Source of the DNA: Octopus vulgaris
Taxonomy: Eukaryota
Direction of reading: 5' to 3'
DNA length: 64,000 nt
Assembly: GCA_951406725.2 (NCBI GenBank)
Contig: OX597823.1
Coordinates: forward strand, 26,226,001-26,290,000
A program made the translations under genes and the position numbers. Numbering within the stretch: position 1 is the stretch's first letter; every line of letters begins with the position of its first letter. Below are positions 25,455 to 37,020 of this stretch, piece by piece. Below the pieces are notes generated by a model. It saw only the letters and a list, made by a program, of their open reading frames with translations. It was not told where the DNA came from and made no database searches.

Positions 25455-26060
25455 AAGTCTGCTTTACATGCTGGCATGGGTTGGATGAGTTATTGTGACA
25501 GTGGAAGTCAGTTTTTATTCCAAGTTACTGCTTTGCTAGGTGTGTTCAGGGGACAGTATCTTACCCATATATTTCATATTGGTTTGTGATTTCTATCAGT
25601 GAATGTCCTTCCTAACATCAACCACTTTACAGAGTGTACTGATGAATTCTATTGTGATACCAGCACCTCACAGATTCTTTTTACTTTGAGTACTTGGCAC
25701 TTTATGCAACTGTCATACTCATACCCATCACATGCCTGTACCAACATTGCATCTGATTCTTCTTATATCCAAATTTTCCCAGAATCCATTTGTAATCCAT
25801 TGTCCGTGCACACTAAAATTTCACATCAGGTGAAGCATACTAGCCTCACTTCTTTCTTGTCTTCAAATCCTCTGCATTTAAGATCCATGTCTCGCTTACC
25901 ATGTAGCATTACACTTTGCACATAAGCATCATGCAATCTGTCTTTAACTTGGAGAGAGAAGCTCTTTATTGCCAGCAAAGATAAAATAGGTCCTTGAACT
26001 TTTTCCAACCTGTTCTTAGTCTGGCTACTATGCTTTGAGAGTGTACATCCCTACTGGTTA
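25455..26060 (-). mobile_element. RTE C-terminal fragment plus family C tail
   Basis: SLQVKDRLHDAYVQSVMLHG parallels the fragment at 1-465. The tail catgctggcatgggttggatg lies at 25467. Confidence 0.7.
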
Positions 26061-28012
26061 CCTACACAACAAAATCCTCAGACTGGTTTCAGTTGCTGGC
26101 TTGAAGCCAAACTGTCTTATTCTATCATTATTTGTTGAATGGTTATTTTTGATGTGACAGCTTTCAGTAGTTTCCGTCTTTCCCTATTCCTGTTTTGAAG
26201 TATCAATCTACCCCAAACTGCATTAGACACACATCTTTGGTGCTCTGCGGTAGGATTAAATACAACACCATTTAATTACTTTATCATTTTGTACTAATAA
26301 AGTGTAAAACTTGTCATGATTTTATTGCAAAGGTCAATCAACGTGTGCATGTACAGATGCACACATATCTTCATGAGTCAAATGAAATTCGTTAAGACAG
26401 ATTGTTTTTCTATGGTCAGAAACTCTTCTTGTTGCCAACCCTACCTCATTCTCAAGCACATTTTGCTTTAGTCTGGACATGCTTACAATTAGTGAATGAT
26501 CAAGACAAGAAAAGGTACGCATGTATCTCCCTACACACACACATACCCCTACCTACCTACATATCTACATACCTAGTTTTCAGTAATGCAACAGTGAATA
26601 TGATTATGTAAGCCTGAAAAACATGGCCTGGCTTTAGTTTCTGATAAAAGTTTTTATTCTCTTCAGCTTTGCCGTTGTCCTTGGAGGAAAGGCATGAATG
26701 TTATCCTCCCCCATTATTTATGAGTTCTTCTACCTATGCTAAGTACCATGTTGGTAGAACCCTTACAACACTGAACTAAAACATTTTACCCCTGTTATGT
26801 TCTGACTAAAAAAATCACACCAGGTAGTTGATAATACACTTGTGGTCAGTTCAAAGAATCCTATTCCTTCTGCAAAAAGAATATGTTCTGTGCTTAGTCC
26901 AAAGAAATCAATATTACTTTATGCATGGTTTCCCTTCTAAATTTCCATTTGCTCATTCTTCCCTCATCTACCATTTTTCCTAATTCCACTTGTTTTATTC
27001 CTTAATCTATCAAGAAACAGTCCGATAAAAGAGCTTAGAAGAAATATTCTTGATCTCTGTTCATTTTGTTGCTGTTTTGCTCTCTACATTTTGTGTGCTT
27101 TCCTCGGCTTAAGTTTGCTACAGATAACATGTAAAATGTGGATTTCTGTGCGTTTCTGTTGTGGCAGTGCCAAACAAATAAGATATAATTAGCCAGCTAC
27201 TCTTCCACAACACAATTGCATTTCTAGAGTAGGTTTTAATTTTTTTTTCCTTTTCTTTTCTTGCTTTTTTTTTTTTTATACTTTTCCTTGTCTTGTCACT
27301 GCAAACACAATCAAAAAGGAGGTGGGGAAAACAGAATGAAAAAAAGAAAAGAAGACAGAAAAAAAATATATTTCAGACTAGATTTTGTGTAGGCTGGTCC
27401 AGAATAAACTCCCCAGTTGCTTGCTGAAAGAAAGAAAGGATGTTACTGTCATTGGTTGAGATACACCATTATATATATATATATCCTTGCCACTTGACAA
27501 ACTCTGTCTTCTCCTCAAGTAAGCAGTAATGCTTAATGTTTCTTTGGGTTCTCTTTATCTTGCTCTCCTCTCACTCTTCTTTTTTACTTTGATATTTTGT
27601 TCCACTCTTTCTACAGTGACTGGCTGCATATTTGTTGTTGTTGCTGATTGTTAAGATTTATTTTAGTTTTTCCTAACACTAATCTGTTTGTCCTTGCTTT
27701 GCTGCCTACATTTTTTGTCCTTTCGCCTGCAGGTGATTGAGTTGTTTGTTGTTATTTATTATTTTTTTTTTTACTTAAATTTTCATCTTGGAGGGGGAAA
27801 TATCTACAGTTCACTGAAGAAAGAAAAGTGTACTTTTGTATCTGTACACCCTGTATGGTGCTATTTAGTATGCCACCATCACCCATTTCTCTCCTTTTTG
27901 CTTAATTGTATCATTTGAAAGTTATTTTTAAATTTATTTATTATGCTGTCTGTGGATCATTGATGAATTCTCTTTCAAAGCCAAGTGAAGAAGACTTAAT
28001 GAATTTATTTTT

Positions 28013-28056
<44 letters not shown>

Positions 28057-28089
28057 ACACACCCACCCAATGTCAATTTGATTATTAAT

Positions 28090-28111
28090 TTTTTTCTTTT
28101 TTTCTTTACAG
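28090..28111 (+). promoter_or_regulatory. 3' splice acceptor of the ZNF800-like coding exon
   Basis: ttttttctttttttctttacag|g lies 19 nt before the ATG. An in-frame TGA at 28113-28115 shows that upstream exons are non-coding. Confidence 0.85.
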
Positions 28112-28130
28112 GTGAAACATTGGACCAAAC

Positions 28131-30203
28131 ATGGAATTTAATGAAGAAGAAACTGTCAGTGTAAATACCAGGGACATTGACTTATCTCTTTTACGTAAGT
28201 CATTGCAAGCCAGGGGAAAAACAATTGATCAGCTTGTAAACTGCATATATTATGGCACCACTGAAGTCCGACAGTATATCCTTAATGAGTCGGATGTCAT
28301 TATTGAATGTAAGGCATGCCGCAACCTTTTCCGAGCATTACCTAACTTTGTGGCTCACAAGAGAATTTATTGTATGGATTCACACCTTAATGTCAACATA
28401 CCACTACTACGTGATCCAGAAGAAGTAATCTCTGTGAATCCTGAGCCACCAGATGGTGAAGAAGGTGATGATTTTATTGAAACGTCTATTGGCCTGGCGA
28501 AGCAGAATTTGATGAATGGACGAGATATGTCCCTTGATGAAAATTACATGAGTTCAGAGAGCGATACTGTAAGGTCAGAGACTCAGTTCTACGAGAGAAT
28601 TTGCAATCAGCTTGAAAAGCAAAAACCTGACCCCACCATTGGTGTTCGGTTCGAGCCAATTGAAGGAACTGATGTTGCTGTGAGAGTTGTGCCTCTCACT
28701 TCAGAATGTGATGCTAAGCTAGCTCAGGAAAACAATATATCAAAACAGAAAGTCCGTATACTAAGTCATCCGAATAAGATACAATCTAGCTCCAAGGTTA
28801 CTCTTAAAACGGATCTAAAAACAAAGAAAGATATTAAGTTAAAAGCGGATTTTCGACAATTGCGCTGCTTGGAATGTAATCGGACAATGTCCTCTCGGCG
28901 TTATCTGGTGGAACACATTCTGAATTTACACAGCGACAAGCGGCGTTATTTCTCTTGTCCTTACTGCAAAGTTAAGTTCCGTTATTTTCACTGTGTTGTA
29001 CGTCATCTTCGAAGAGTACATGAATGTAGCAAAGATGTGATAGACAACATGCGTGAAAATCTCAGGAACTCTAGCTGGATCGAGAACTCTCCCAACAAAG
29101 CAAATAACAAAGTGCAACCCTTGCCCTCTACATCTTCACATTTTAAAGGTGAAGCTTCAAAGATTATTTCCCCAAAGAACAAAGAACATTCTGGTAAAGT
29201 TCAAAAACTGAAAGTGAAGTTATTTAGTCAAAAGAACACTCCTAGCAAGAGCAACCATACAGAATTTTATCCTCCTCTTACTGTCGTCAAGCAGGAAGTT
29301 TTAAGCGAGGAAGAGTCTGCAAAGGATTCTGATTCAGAAGTCAACACGGCTAAAGATTTGGATGTGAAAGATATGACAGGAAAACACCGGCCTCCTACTT
29401 TAGCTCAGAGAAAGAAAATGGCCATGCTAATGGATAAGAAAAGCTTGACCTGTTTACAGTGCAATCGAGGCTTTTCGAGAATGTCTGGTTTGGTGCGACA
29501 TGTTGCGCACCATTTGGGCTGGAAACGATTCAAATGCAAGTTGTGTATGTACTCTGGCTATGACAGGTATGTTTGCAAATCGCATATTGAAAGAAACCAT
29601 CTTGGTAAAGTTCCTGGTCTAACAAGGAAAGTAATGGATTACTACATTGTTGACCTCGAGGATGGTAAAATTGTTAATCCAGATGGTACTAAAAGTAAGA
29701 AGTTAGGTCTCAAACTTGGTGTAAATCCTACTAAAAAGTCTACTTTATCATCAGCATCCACAGACATAAAACCAGTCACAGTATGCACAAGTCTGGGAAA
29801 TAGCAGTGGGCTTTCCAGTGTGGCCACTGTCAGACTTTCACCTCTTTCAAACGAACAACTCCAGTTGAGTAAAGGTTGTGCTATATCCGCCGACAAGTCT
29901 GAGAAACCTCTAAAAGGTTCTGACTTGAAGAAGAAACTTCTCTCTATGGTTGACTACAGAACTCTCAAGTGTCTTGAGTGTAATAGAACATGGAACAAAA
30001 GATCACATTTACTGCGGCATGCAGCACACCACATTGGTTGGAAGCGGTTTAAATGCAAGTTGTGTGTGTTCTCAGGTTATGATCGCTACATGTGTAAGTC
30101 TCATCTTAAACGATGCCATCTGGGCAAAATCCATGGACTCACAGTAAAAGTACTTGACTACTATATAGTAGATATGATGGAAGAAGAAAACGACGAGGTT
30201 TAA
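28131..30203 (+). CDS. ZNF800: ZNF800-like C2H2 zinc-finger protein (690 aa, single coding exon)
   Basis: The N-terminus DLSLLRKSLQ..TIDQLVNCIYYGTTEVRQYILNESDVIIECKACRNLFRALPNFVAHKRIYC matches the ZNF800 signature ([39 protein letters not shown]). Three further C2H2 finger pairs follow. Kozak context is aacATGg, and the ORF is intact amid repeat-rich DNA. Confidence 0.9.
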   Translation: MEFNEEETVSVNTRDIDLSLLRKSLQARGKTIDQLVNCIYYGTTEVRQYILNESDVIIECKACRNLFRALPNFVAHKRIYCMDSHLNVNIPLLRDPEEVISVNPEPPDGEEGDDFIETSIGLAKQNLMNGRDMSLDENYMSSESDTVRSETQFYERICNQLEKQKPDPTIGVRFEPIEGTDVAVRVVPLTSECDAKLAQENNISKQKVRILSHPNKIQSSSKVTLKTDLKTKKDIKLKADFRQLRCLECNRTMSSRRYLVEHILNLHSDKRRYFSCPYCKVKFRYFHCVVRHLRRVHECSKDVIDNMRENLRNSSWIENSPNKANNKVQPLPSTSSHFKGEASKIISPKNKEHSGKVQKLKVKLFSQKNTPSKSNHTEFYPPLTVVKQEVLSEEESAKDSDSEVNTAKDLDVKDMTGKHRPPTLAQRKKMAMLMDKKSLTCLQCNRGFSRMSGLVRHVAHHLGWKRFKCKLCMYSGYDRYVCKSHIERNHLGKVPGLTRKVMDYYIVDLEDGKIVNPDGTKSKKLGLKLGVNPTKKSTLSSASTDIKPVTVCTSLGNSSGLSSVATVRLSPLSNEQLQLSKGCAISADKSEKPLKGSDLKKKLLSMVDYRTLKCLECNRTWNKRSHLLRHAAHHIGWKRFKCKLCVFSGYDRYMCKSHLKRCHLGKIHGLTVKVLDYYIVDMMEEENDEV

Positions 30204-31344
30204 GGAAAATATGAATTGCCACCATGATGGAAGGAAATACTCTGTATGGGAACAGCTGTGTGTGTGTATGTAAGCATGAGTATGTGTTTACACATTACAC
30301 GCATTCTCATTCACCTACACTCACACACATTTCAAATGAATGGTAATTGTCAAATAGAATTTTAATAAATTCAAAATATACTGATGAAATGCATACACAT
30401 TGCTATATTTGCTATATGTATGAGTGTCTGTGTATCTGTGGTGTGCGTATTTGTATACATATATTTATGTATATAGATATGTCTTTGTGTATTATGTATA
30501 TATACATACATACACACATACATATGGGCGTGCATACATAAATGTAATATATTACAAGTACTTGTTTGTGTACAACACATACAGCAAAGTTTTTTTTTTC
30601 TTTTGTGTGTATGTATCTGAGATAATAATATTAATACCTTGTAGTATGTGAATTCTGTGCATATACATACATATGCATGCACACACACACACACACACAC
30701 ACAGCTACATAAAACATATACATGTAGTTGTGTATGTTCATTTTATTTAAATATAAACCATATATTTAAAAAAAAACAAAAAGAACCATTGAAGTGTAAG
30801 AATACCATTCCTTCTCTCTTTCTCTCTCTCTCCAAGATCTGAACCCTCACCTACCCCCAGACAACTATTTTATGTTTGTCTCTTCCACATAATGTCATGA
30901 GGAACGATTCTTAATTGTTCCTTTGATAATATCAGTGTCATTGATGTCTCATTAGAAAAGATGTTACCATCAACATTTATTATTATTATTATTATATTTT
31001 GGATTGGTTCTATCCACTTCCATGTCTTTTCACTAAAACTTACACTTCAACCATTTTCTTTCATTTATTTTTTTATTGTGAGTTGAATGTTTATTTTCAT
31101 GTTTTAACATGAGTTTAAGAGTGTTTGTCATATTTCTGCTATGGATTTTTGGTTATATATATATACACTCACACACACACATACATACTTACAACATACA
31201 TACATATAGAGATAGATAGATAGATACACACACACACGTTTAATCATAATGAAGATTTTTGTGAGAAGAGGGAATATCTGTTTACTTACATGATTTATAT
31301 AAGCCACAATATCCTCTCATGGTGGCCAAATTTTTAATTTCTCA

Positions 31345-31505
31345 TTGGCAGGTAGCATGGATTTCAAATTCCGCCAAGGCTGACTTTGCCTTTCATCCTT
31401 TCGGGGGTCGATGAAATAAGTACCAGTTAAGCACTGGGGTCAATGTAATCTACTAACCTCCTCTCTGAAAATTTCAGGCTTTGTGCCTATAATGGAAAGG
31501 ATTAT
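31345..31505 (+). mobile_element. SINE family B
   Basis: ttcaaattccgccaaggctgactttgcctttcatcctttcgggggtcgatgaaataagtaccagt...ggattattatta. The gcctttcatcctt..ggggtcgataaa domain resembles conserved central domains of metazoan SINE superfamilies (recalled, unverified). Confidence 0.75.
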
Positions 31506-32010
31506 TATTAAGGGAATTGGATGGCTGCATCAGTTGCACATTGGACAAAATGCCTGGCAGTTTTACTTTAGTTACGTTCTTTTAAGCTCTGAGCTAAATC
31601 TTGCCAGAGTCTACTTTTACCTTTCAATCCACCTGTAATTTAAGTTCAGTCAACAAAAATCTTGGGCTAGTGTTAACAATCATCACCATCATCATCATCG
31701 TCATTGCCATCATCATCATCATCATCATTACTTTGTTTTAAGGAAGTTCATTTGCAGATATATGGCAATACACACACAAACACATGTAAATTTATAGTTT
31801 TATTTTTTCAATTGTTTTTTTTTTTTTTTTTTTTTTTTTTTTCCAAATTTAATTTTAAAAAGAAAATGGTACATTCTGAAGTATTTAAGTGTATTGTCCT
31901 AAATCATTTCCTGTTTAGTTGTAGAACTTAATATATTTTCACCCATCTTTCTTTGCTCTTGGTTGTGCTGAATCAAAGTTTCTACTTGTTGTCATTTGTT
32001 GTAATTGATG

Positions 32011-32530
32011 TTTCCAAATATGTTGTCAGTGGATAGAGCCATGGCAACCATTTAAATAACTACAGTCAGCATTTTCATTTTATTTATTATTATTTTTTTC
32101 TTCCAAACGGGGACATATTAATCTTCCAAATATGGTGTTAATGGAGGTAGACACCACCAGCTTGAAAATGCAGCAAATATTTGCTTCCTGAGTTATTTCT
32201 TGGTAAACTTTTCCCTTCCAAATACGTTGTCGATGGAGCTATGACAACCATTTGGTAACTGGAGTAAACCTTTCTCTTTCAAATAATTCACCAGTAAACA
32301 TTTCCCTCTGGAAAATGTTGTCAATAGTTATGACAACCTCTTAATAGCTGCAGTAAACCAATATATAGTTTATAGACCATTAACAGCTAATTGGTCACTC
32401 TTCTAAACATTTCCTTTACAAATATGTGTTAGTGGATATACTGCAGCTAACTGGTATCTTCAATAAATATCTCCTATTTAGAGATCTCAATGGCACCTTC
32501 TGCAAAGAATAGCTGCAATAAACATTTTCT
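32011..32530 (+). repeat. Degenerate ~60-nt repeat array with internal hairpins
   Basis: The unit ttccaaata(t/c)gttgtc..(loop)..gacaacca..taactgcagtaaac occurs at 32011, 32123, 32215 and 32308, more weakly at 32415 and 32505. Confidence 0.7.
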
Positions 32531-33445
32531 CCATAGATATTTTTTTAAATCTATGAAAAAAAAAAACAGGGTATTTGGTGGTGGGGGGAACAGAGACCTT
32601 TCAATTTATGTTTATATTTTTCATACCCAAGTTTCTGTTTATTATTATAATTAATGACAATAGTAAAATGAAAATCATTGTTCTCTCTCTCTCTCTCTCT
32701 CTCTTCAAGAGTTGTATGTAAACTATTTTAATTTTCACCAAAGAATTTTGTCACCTTTCTACAGAAAATTTTGAGCCAAAGACAGACTTACTTATTGTAA
32801 TAAAAGTTTACTAGTCTGATTTTGTTAAAAATAAACTAAACTTAGAATGAGAATTAAAACCCGAATAAAAAAAAAGATGCAATGTGTCACCATCCTTAGA
32901 TTATGCATTTATCATGTAGTTTTTATGTTTAATACATATTTCAAGTTGAAGAACTCCATGTAGTTAATTGACTATTTTGAATTTCTCACTGGGAGCAATC
33001 ATCACATCAAATATGCAGTTTCTTGAAAACTACTTTTGCTGTGTAAATGGAGTGGTATTAAATTACATTGAATTTCTCTGCTTGAAAAAGATAAAAGATA
33101 TATTCATGCTACATGTTATTTACACCCCCCCCCCTTTTTTTTTTTGTCATTGCTACTACAACTCAGTGTGTATGGGTGTGTTCAACTTCAGTTTAGAGAC
33201 TGATTTGTGTCTTATGTTCTAAAAGTAAGAACTTTATAAGAATCTTATCGTCCCTGACCAAAAATCATAGTTGGCTGATCAAGAAAACTGTACAGTGAAC
33301 GTGGTTGAGATTCTTTATTTTGGCTGCCTAACTGTAAATAGGTACCATTGTGCAGGTATCCCTCAAAATTCATCCATTTTATTACTCAGGCTTTTACAAG
33401 TTTAAGGAGTACAAAAACTAAACAGATGATTCTTGAGGACTGCTT

Positions 33446-33493
<48 letters not shown>

Positions 33494-33673
33494 AACTACT
33501 TGAGGCAAAAGTTGAAAGGACTAATCTTGAGAACTATCTATTGAAACAACTACTTGTAAGCAATATCATATTTAAAGAATGTTTTATTAGCTTACACGGT
33601 TGGGTTTAAGTGCGAGTATAGTTCTAGAATGGTTTCCTCTGGGAAACCATTCCAGTGCTCTTCAGATCAGACT

Positions 33674-33715
<42 letters not shown>

Positions 33716-34460
33716 TTATAATAATATATTATAAAATATTATAATATATTATAAAATATTATAATAATCCAGGTTTCTCGGAGCACTAGGCCACTTGGTG
33801 TTGAATAGATATACTATTAAATTAGTATCTAATTCTCTCACCCTTATTAATTAATTATATATATATATATATAGTTTAATCAGTCATACCATTGTATCCA
33901 GAACCTGGATCTGATTTTGGTTGTGTGCGATGACTAGTGTGTAGTACTCTGTACTTAACAGACAGCCATCAATGTTTGAAACTAAAAGGTTTCTCTGTTG
34001 GTTAGAATTAGGGCTTGATAATAAAAAAAGCTCAGCAGAATTTTTTCTGATAATCCAAAGGTGATGAGTTCACTCAAAACAGTTGTTTGTAGCTGATTAA
34101 CTTTTTATCACGGGGACTCAATCCTCTTCTCACCAACTCCAACTGAAAAAGAGAATCTTGCTCCCCTTGTAGTTATGTGGATTAGGTTAGATAGATCACT
34201 TGATTATTTAAAATATATACTTTGTGTAAAGGTCCAAACTGACAAATCTAACATTGAAAAAGTTAAAAAAAAAAAATTTAAACTGAAGAAAACAAAGAAA
34301 AAGTTGCTGTAATATGTGAGAAATCTGTGTTGTCCTTATTTACTTGTATGGAATGTATTACCTCATAAGTCCACACAACAGGCTGACAGCACTCAAACAT
34401 TTCTATATTCATTTTCATTGAAAATAGGTCCAAATCTGCCCCCCCCCCCCTGTTTGTGTG

Positions 34461-34530
<70 letters not shown>

Positions 34531-35929
34531 TATATACATATATATATATATACATACACACATATGCACATACGCATGTGTATGGGAGACAGCTTTGTTC
34601 ATAAAGATGTTGGATAAAAAAAAACTCACTTGTGCTCCAGTTTCCTTTTTTTTATTAAAAATTTTCATATTTTTTTCAAGCTGTAAAGAATCTTTAATAA
34701 AATAGGGAAAAATCTAGAGCACAGTTAAGTTATCTAACACAACACACATATAAGTGTTTGCATATGTATGTACACATATAATATATATGTATAACATATA
34801 CATATGCACACACACACACACATGCATACAATTTTTTAATTGTCCATTTTATCTATTCCAATACGGGTGGGAGTTTTCTATTTATTTTCACTTTTGCGCA
34901 AAAGTGGACATTTGCATATGTTTTGGAACCATATTTACAGCTGGATGCCTTTACTACTACTAACTGTATGTAACGTTGTTGTGGAAAATAGTAGTATCCG
35001 CCAGGCAGCCTGAAGTAACAAAATGCTTGAAACTGTTAGGTTGGAGTTGTGACCATCTGGCCAATATAATGGCTCTCTAAACCCCACTTCAACTGTGGTT
35101 CTTGTATTATACATTATCTCCCACCCAACATAACTCATTAACAGTAATAATGTTATGTGTGTCCCTCCTGTCTCTCTCTGTCTCTCTCTCTCTGTCTCTC
35201 TCTCTCTTTCCCTCTCAACTAGCTCATTACTAGTGCTAGCACACTATATTAGAAATGGTGAATGAAATGACCACAAGATTTTGTTGAGGTGTCCATTATG
35301 TCTAATGGGGTAGGTGATCATGTGACTAGAGCGTTGTGTTACACAATGTTTCATATCCCCCAAGTGTTGTGAGTCCTCTTCATTCTCAGGTGTTTCATTG
35401 TGTAATTGTTAGGCAAGGCAGTTAATTCAGTGCCCCAATTCACCTGCCAGCAGCTGGGGAAGAGTGGTATGAAATCATATCTTTTGACTGTTTTCATTCA
35501 ATAGATAGTTCCCCTGTATAAAAGTAAGGTGGGTATTCATCTCTCATCCCATTAACATCACAGAGCCCAAAGATAAAGGGGTTTATTCTTTTTATGGAGG
35601 GAGGGGGGTACTTTGTGGTTTATGAAACCATTTTATCAACATATCACTGTAAAGGTTATAATAAAGTTATTACACCAGCTGCAGTCCTATATTCAAAAGG
35701 ACCAAATACTGGTTGAATTGAAACAATGTCATATTGGATACCCTTTTATGACCAAAATACCTAGTTATATCCACCTGAAGAATATTTACATTGAAAATGA
35801 TTTTATCTTGTCTGTATGTAACTTTCAAACATTTTCTACGTTTGATCCAATTTATACTGTTTTTTTTTTGAATTTATGGATTACTTTTCATTGTTTTTAT
35901 TGTTTATATTTTATTTATTTTGAATGTTG

Positions 35930-35935
35930 AATAAA
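35930..35935 (+). terminator. Candidate polyadenylation signal for ZNF800-like mRNA
   Basis: AATAAA follows a long U-rich stretch. It is one of several possible sites (another is at 48277-48282). Confidence 0.3.
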
Positions 35936-36436
35936 AGAAAAAATTCATTGTTCCATTCCCCACTCCCACTCCAATTGTAATCTTTGTTTCTGAGATGGTG
36001 AGTTTGATGTAAACACTATTTAGTAGTATCCAACTAGATACTTTACTGTATTTAGTTTCGTCACTTTACGTGTTATTCAGATTCTGCCAGTGTGTGGCAG
36101 ATATGTTTTAATAATTAAATAATGAATTTATTTTTATTTATTTATTTTTTTTGCTATACTCTCCTACCTACCTCTAATTGTACTTCACCTAATGTCTGTA
36201 TCAGAAGTAATAGTATTATTCATATTGGTAGAATTGGTAGAGAACTGAGCTAAATACCTTGCCATATTTAGTTACATTCCTTAAAATGCTGTGTTCTGTT
36301 TGTGTTGAGGTTAACTATACCTTTCAGTAAAATTAATACCAGTTACAAACTTGGGTCCAATTCATTTAACTATTTGTCTTCCTTACAAATTTGTGGCTTT
36401 GAGCCAATGTTGGAATTTATTATTTATTTATTAGCT

Positions 36437-36715
36437 GAGAGGCTAAGAATTTTACTTTGCAACCCCATGGTCCCAGGTCTGATCCTACTGCATAGCAATT
36501 TGGGCAAGTATCTTCATCTGTAGCCATGTGTGTCTTTATATCTGTGTAAGCCAGTTTCAGGTTGCATGCTCTATTTGTCAAAGCATAACTCAGAAATTTG
36601 ATAAAGTAGGAAACCTGACTGAAATAAGTACTGGGGCCAATATGATTGACTAAAATCACCCTTGGAGGCAGGCCCTTGTATGGCTGCAGTCCAATGACTG
36701 AAACCAGTAAAAAAA
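36437..36715 (+). mobile_element. Diverged SINE family A variant
   Basis: caaccccatggtcccaggtctgatcc...ttgggcaagtatcttc...ggctgcagtccaatgactgaaaccagtaaaaa. Confidence 0.6.
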
Positions 36716-36794
36716 AAATACACATGCAGTTACAGATTTGGAGGAATTTTTGAAAGTTAATATTTATTTTCTTTGATAACGATGAGTAATGATA

Positions 36795-37020
36795 AGGGTT
36801 TCTAATATAAACACAAGGCCTGAAATTTTGTGGGGAAGGGTAAGTCAGTAAAATCGACCCAGTATTTGACTGGTGCTTTATTTTATTGATACCTGGATGA
36901 GGGACACTGAAAGGCAAAGCTAACTATGATGTGATTTGAACTCAGACTGTAAAGAGCTGGAACAAATATAGTGAGGTATTTTGTCTAACGCTCTAATGAT
37001 TTTTGCCAATCTGTCACCCT
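36795..37020 (-). mobile_element. SINE family B
   Basis: Reverse complement of family B: tgaaaggcaaagc..gatttgaactcag..ttttgtctaacgctctaatgatttttgccaatc. Confidence 0.65.

Noticed and set aside
28926-30147. Short alternative-frame and antisense ORFs within the ZNF CDS
   Set aside because: They are shadows of the real coding sequence.
32011-32530. CRISPR array (palindromic repeats with variable spacers)
   Set aside because: The context is eukaryotic, the repeats are too degenerate, the spacing is irregular and there are no cas genes.
33677-33768. AT-only palindromic/tandem tract
   Set aside because: This is low-complexity (TA)n-derived slippage, with no evidence of function.
34055-34092. 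gtgatgag-ttca-ctc-aaaacagtt minimal hammerhead-like motif
   Set aside because: It has two core mismatches and a weak stem I, so it is not distinguishable from chance.
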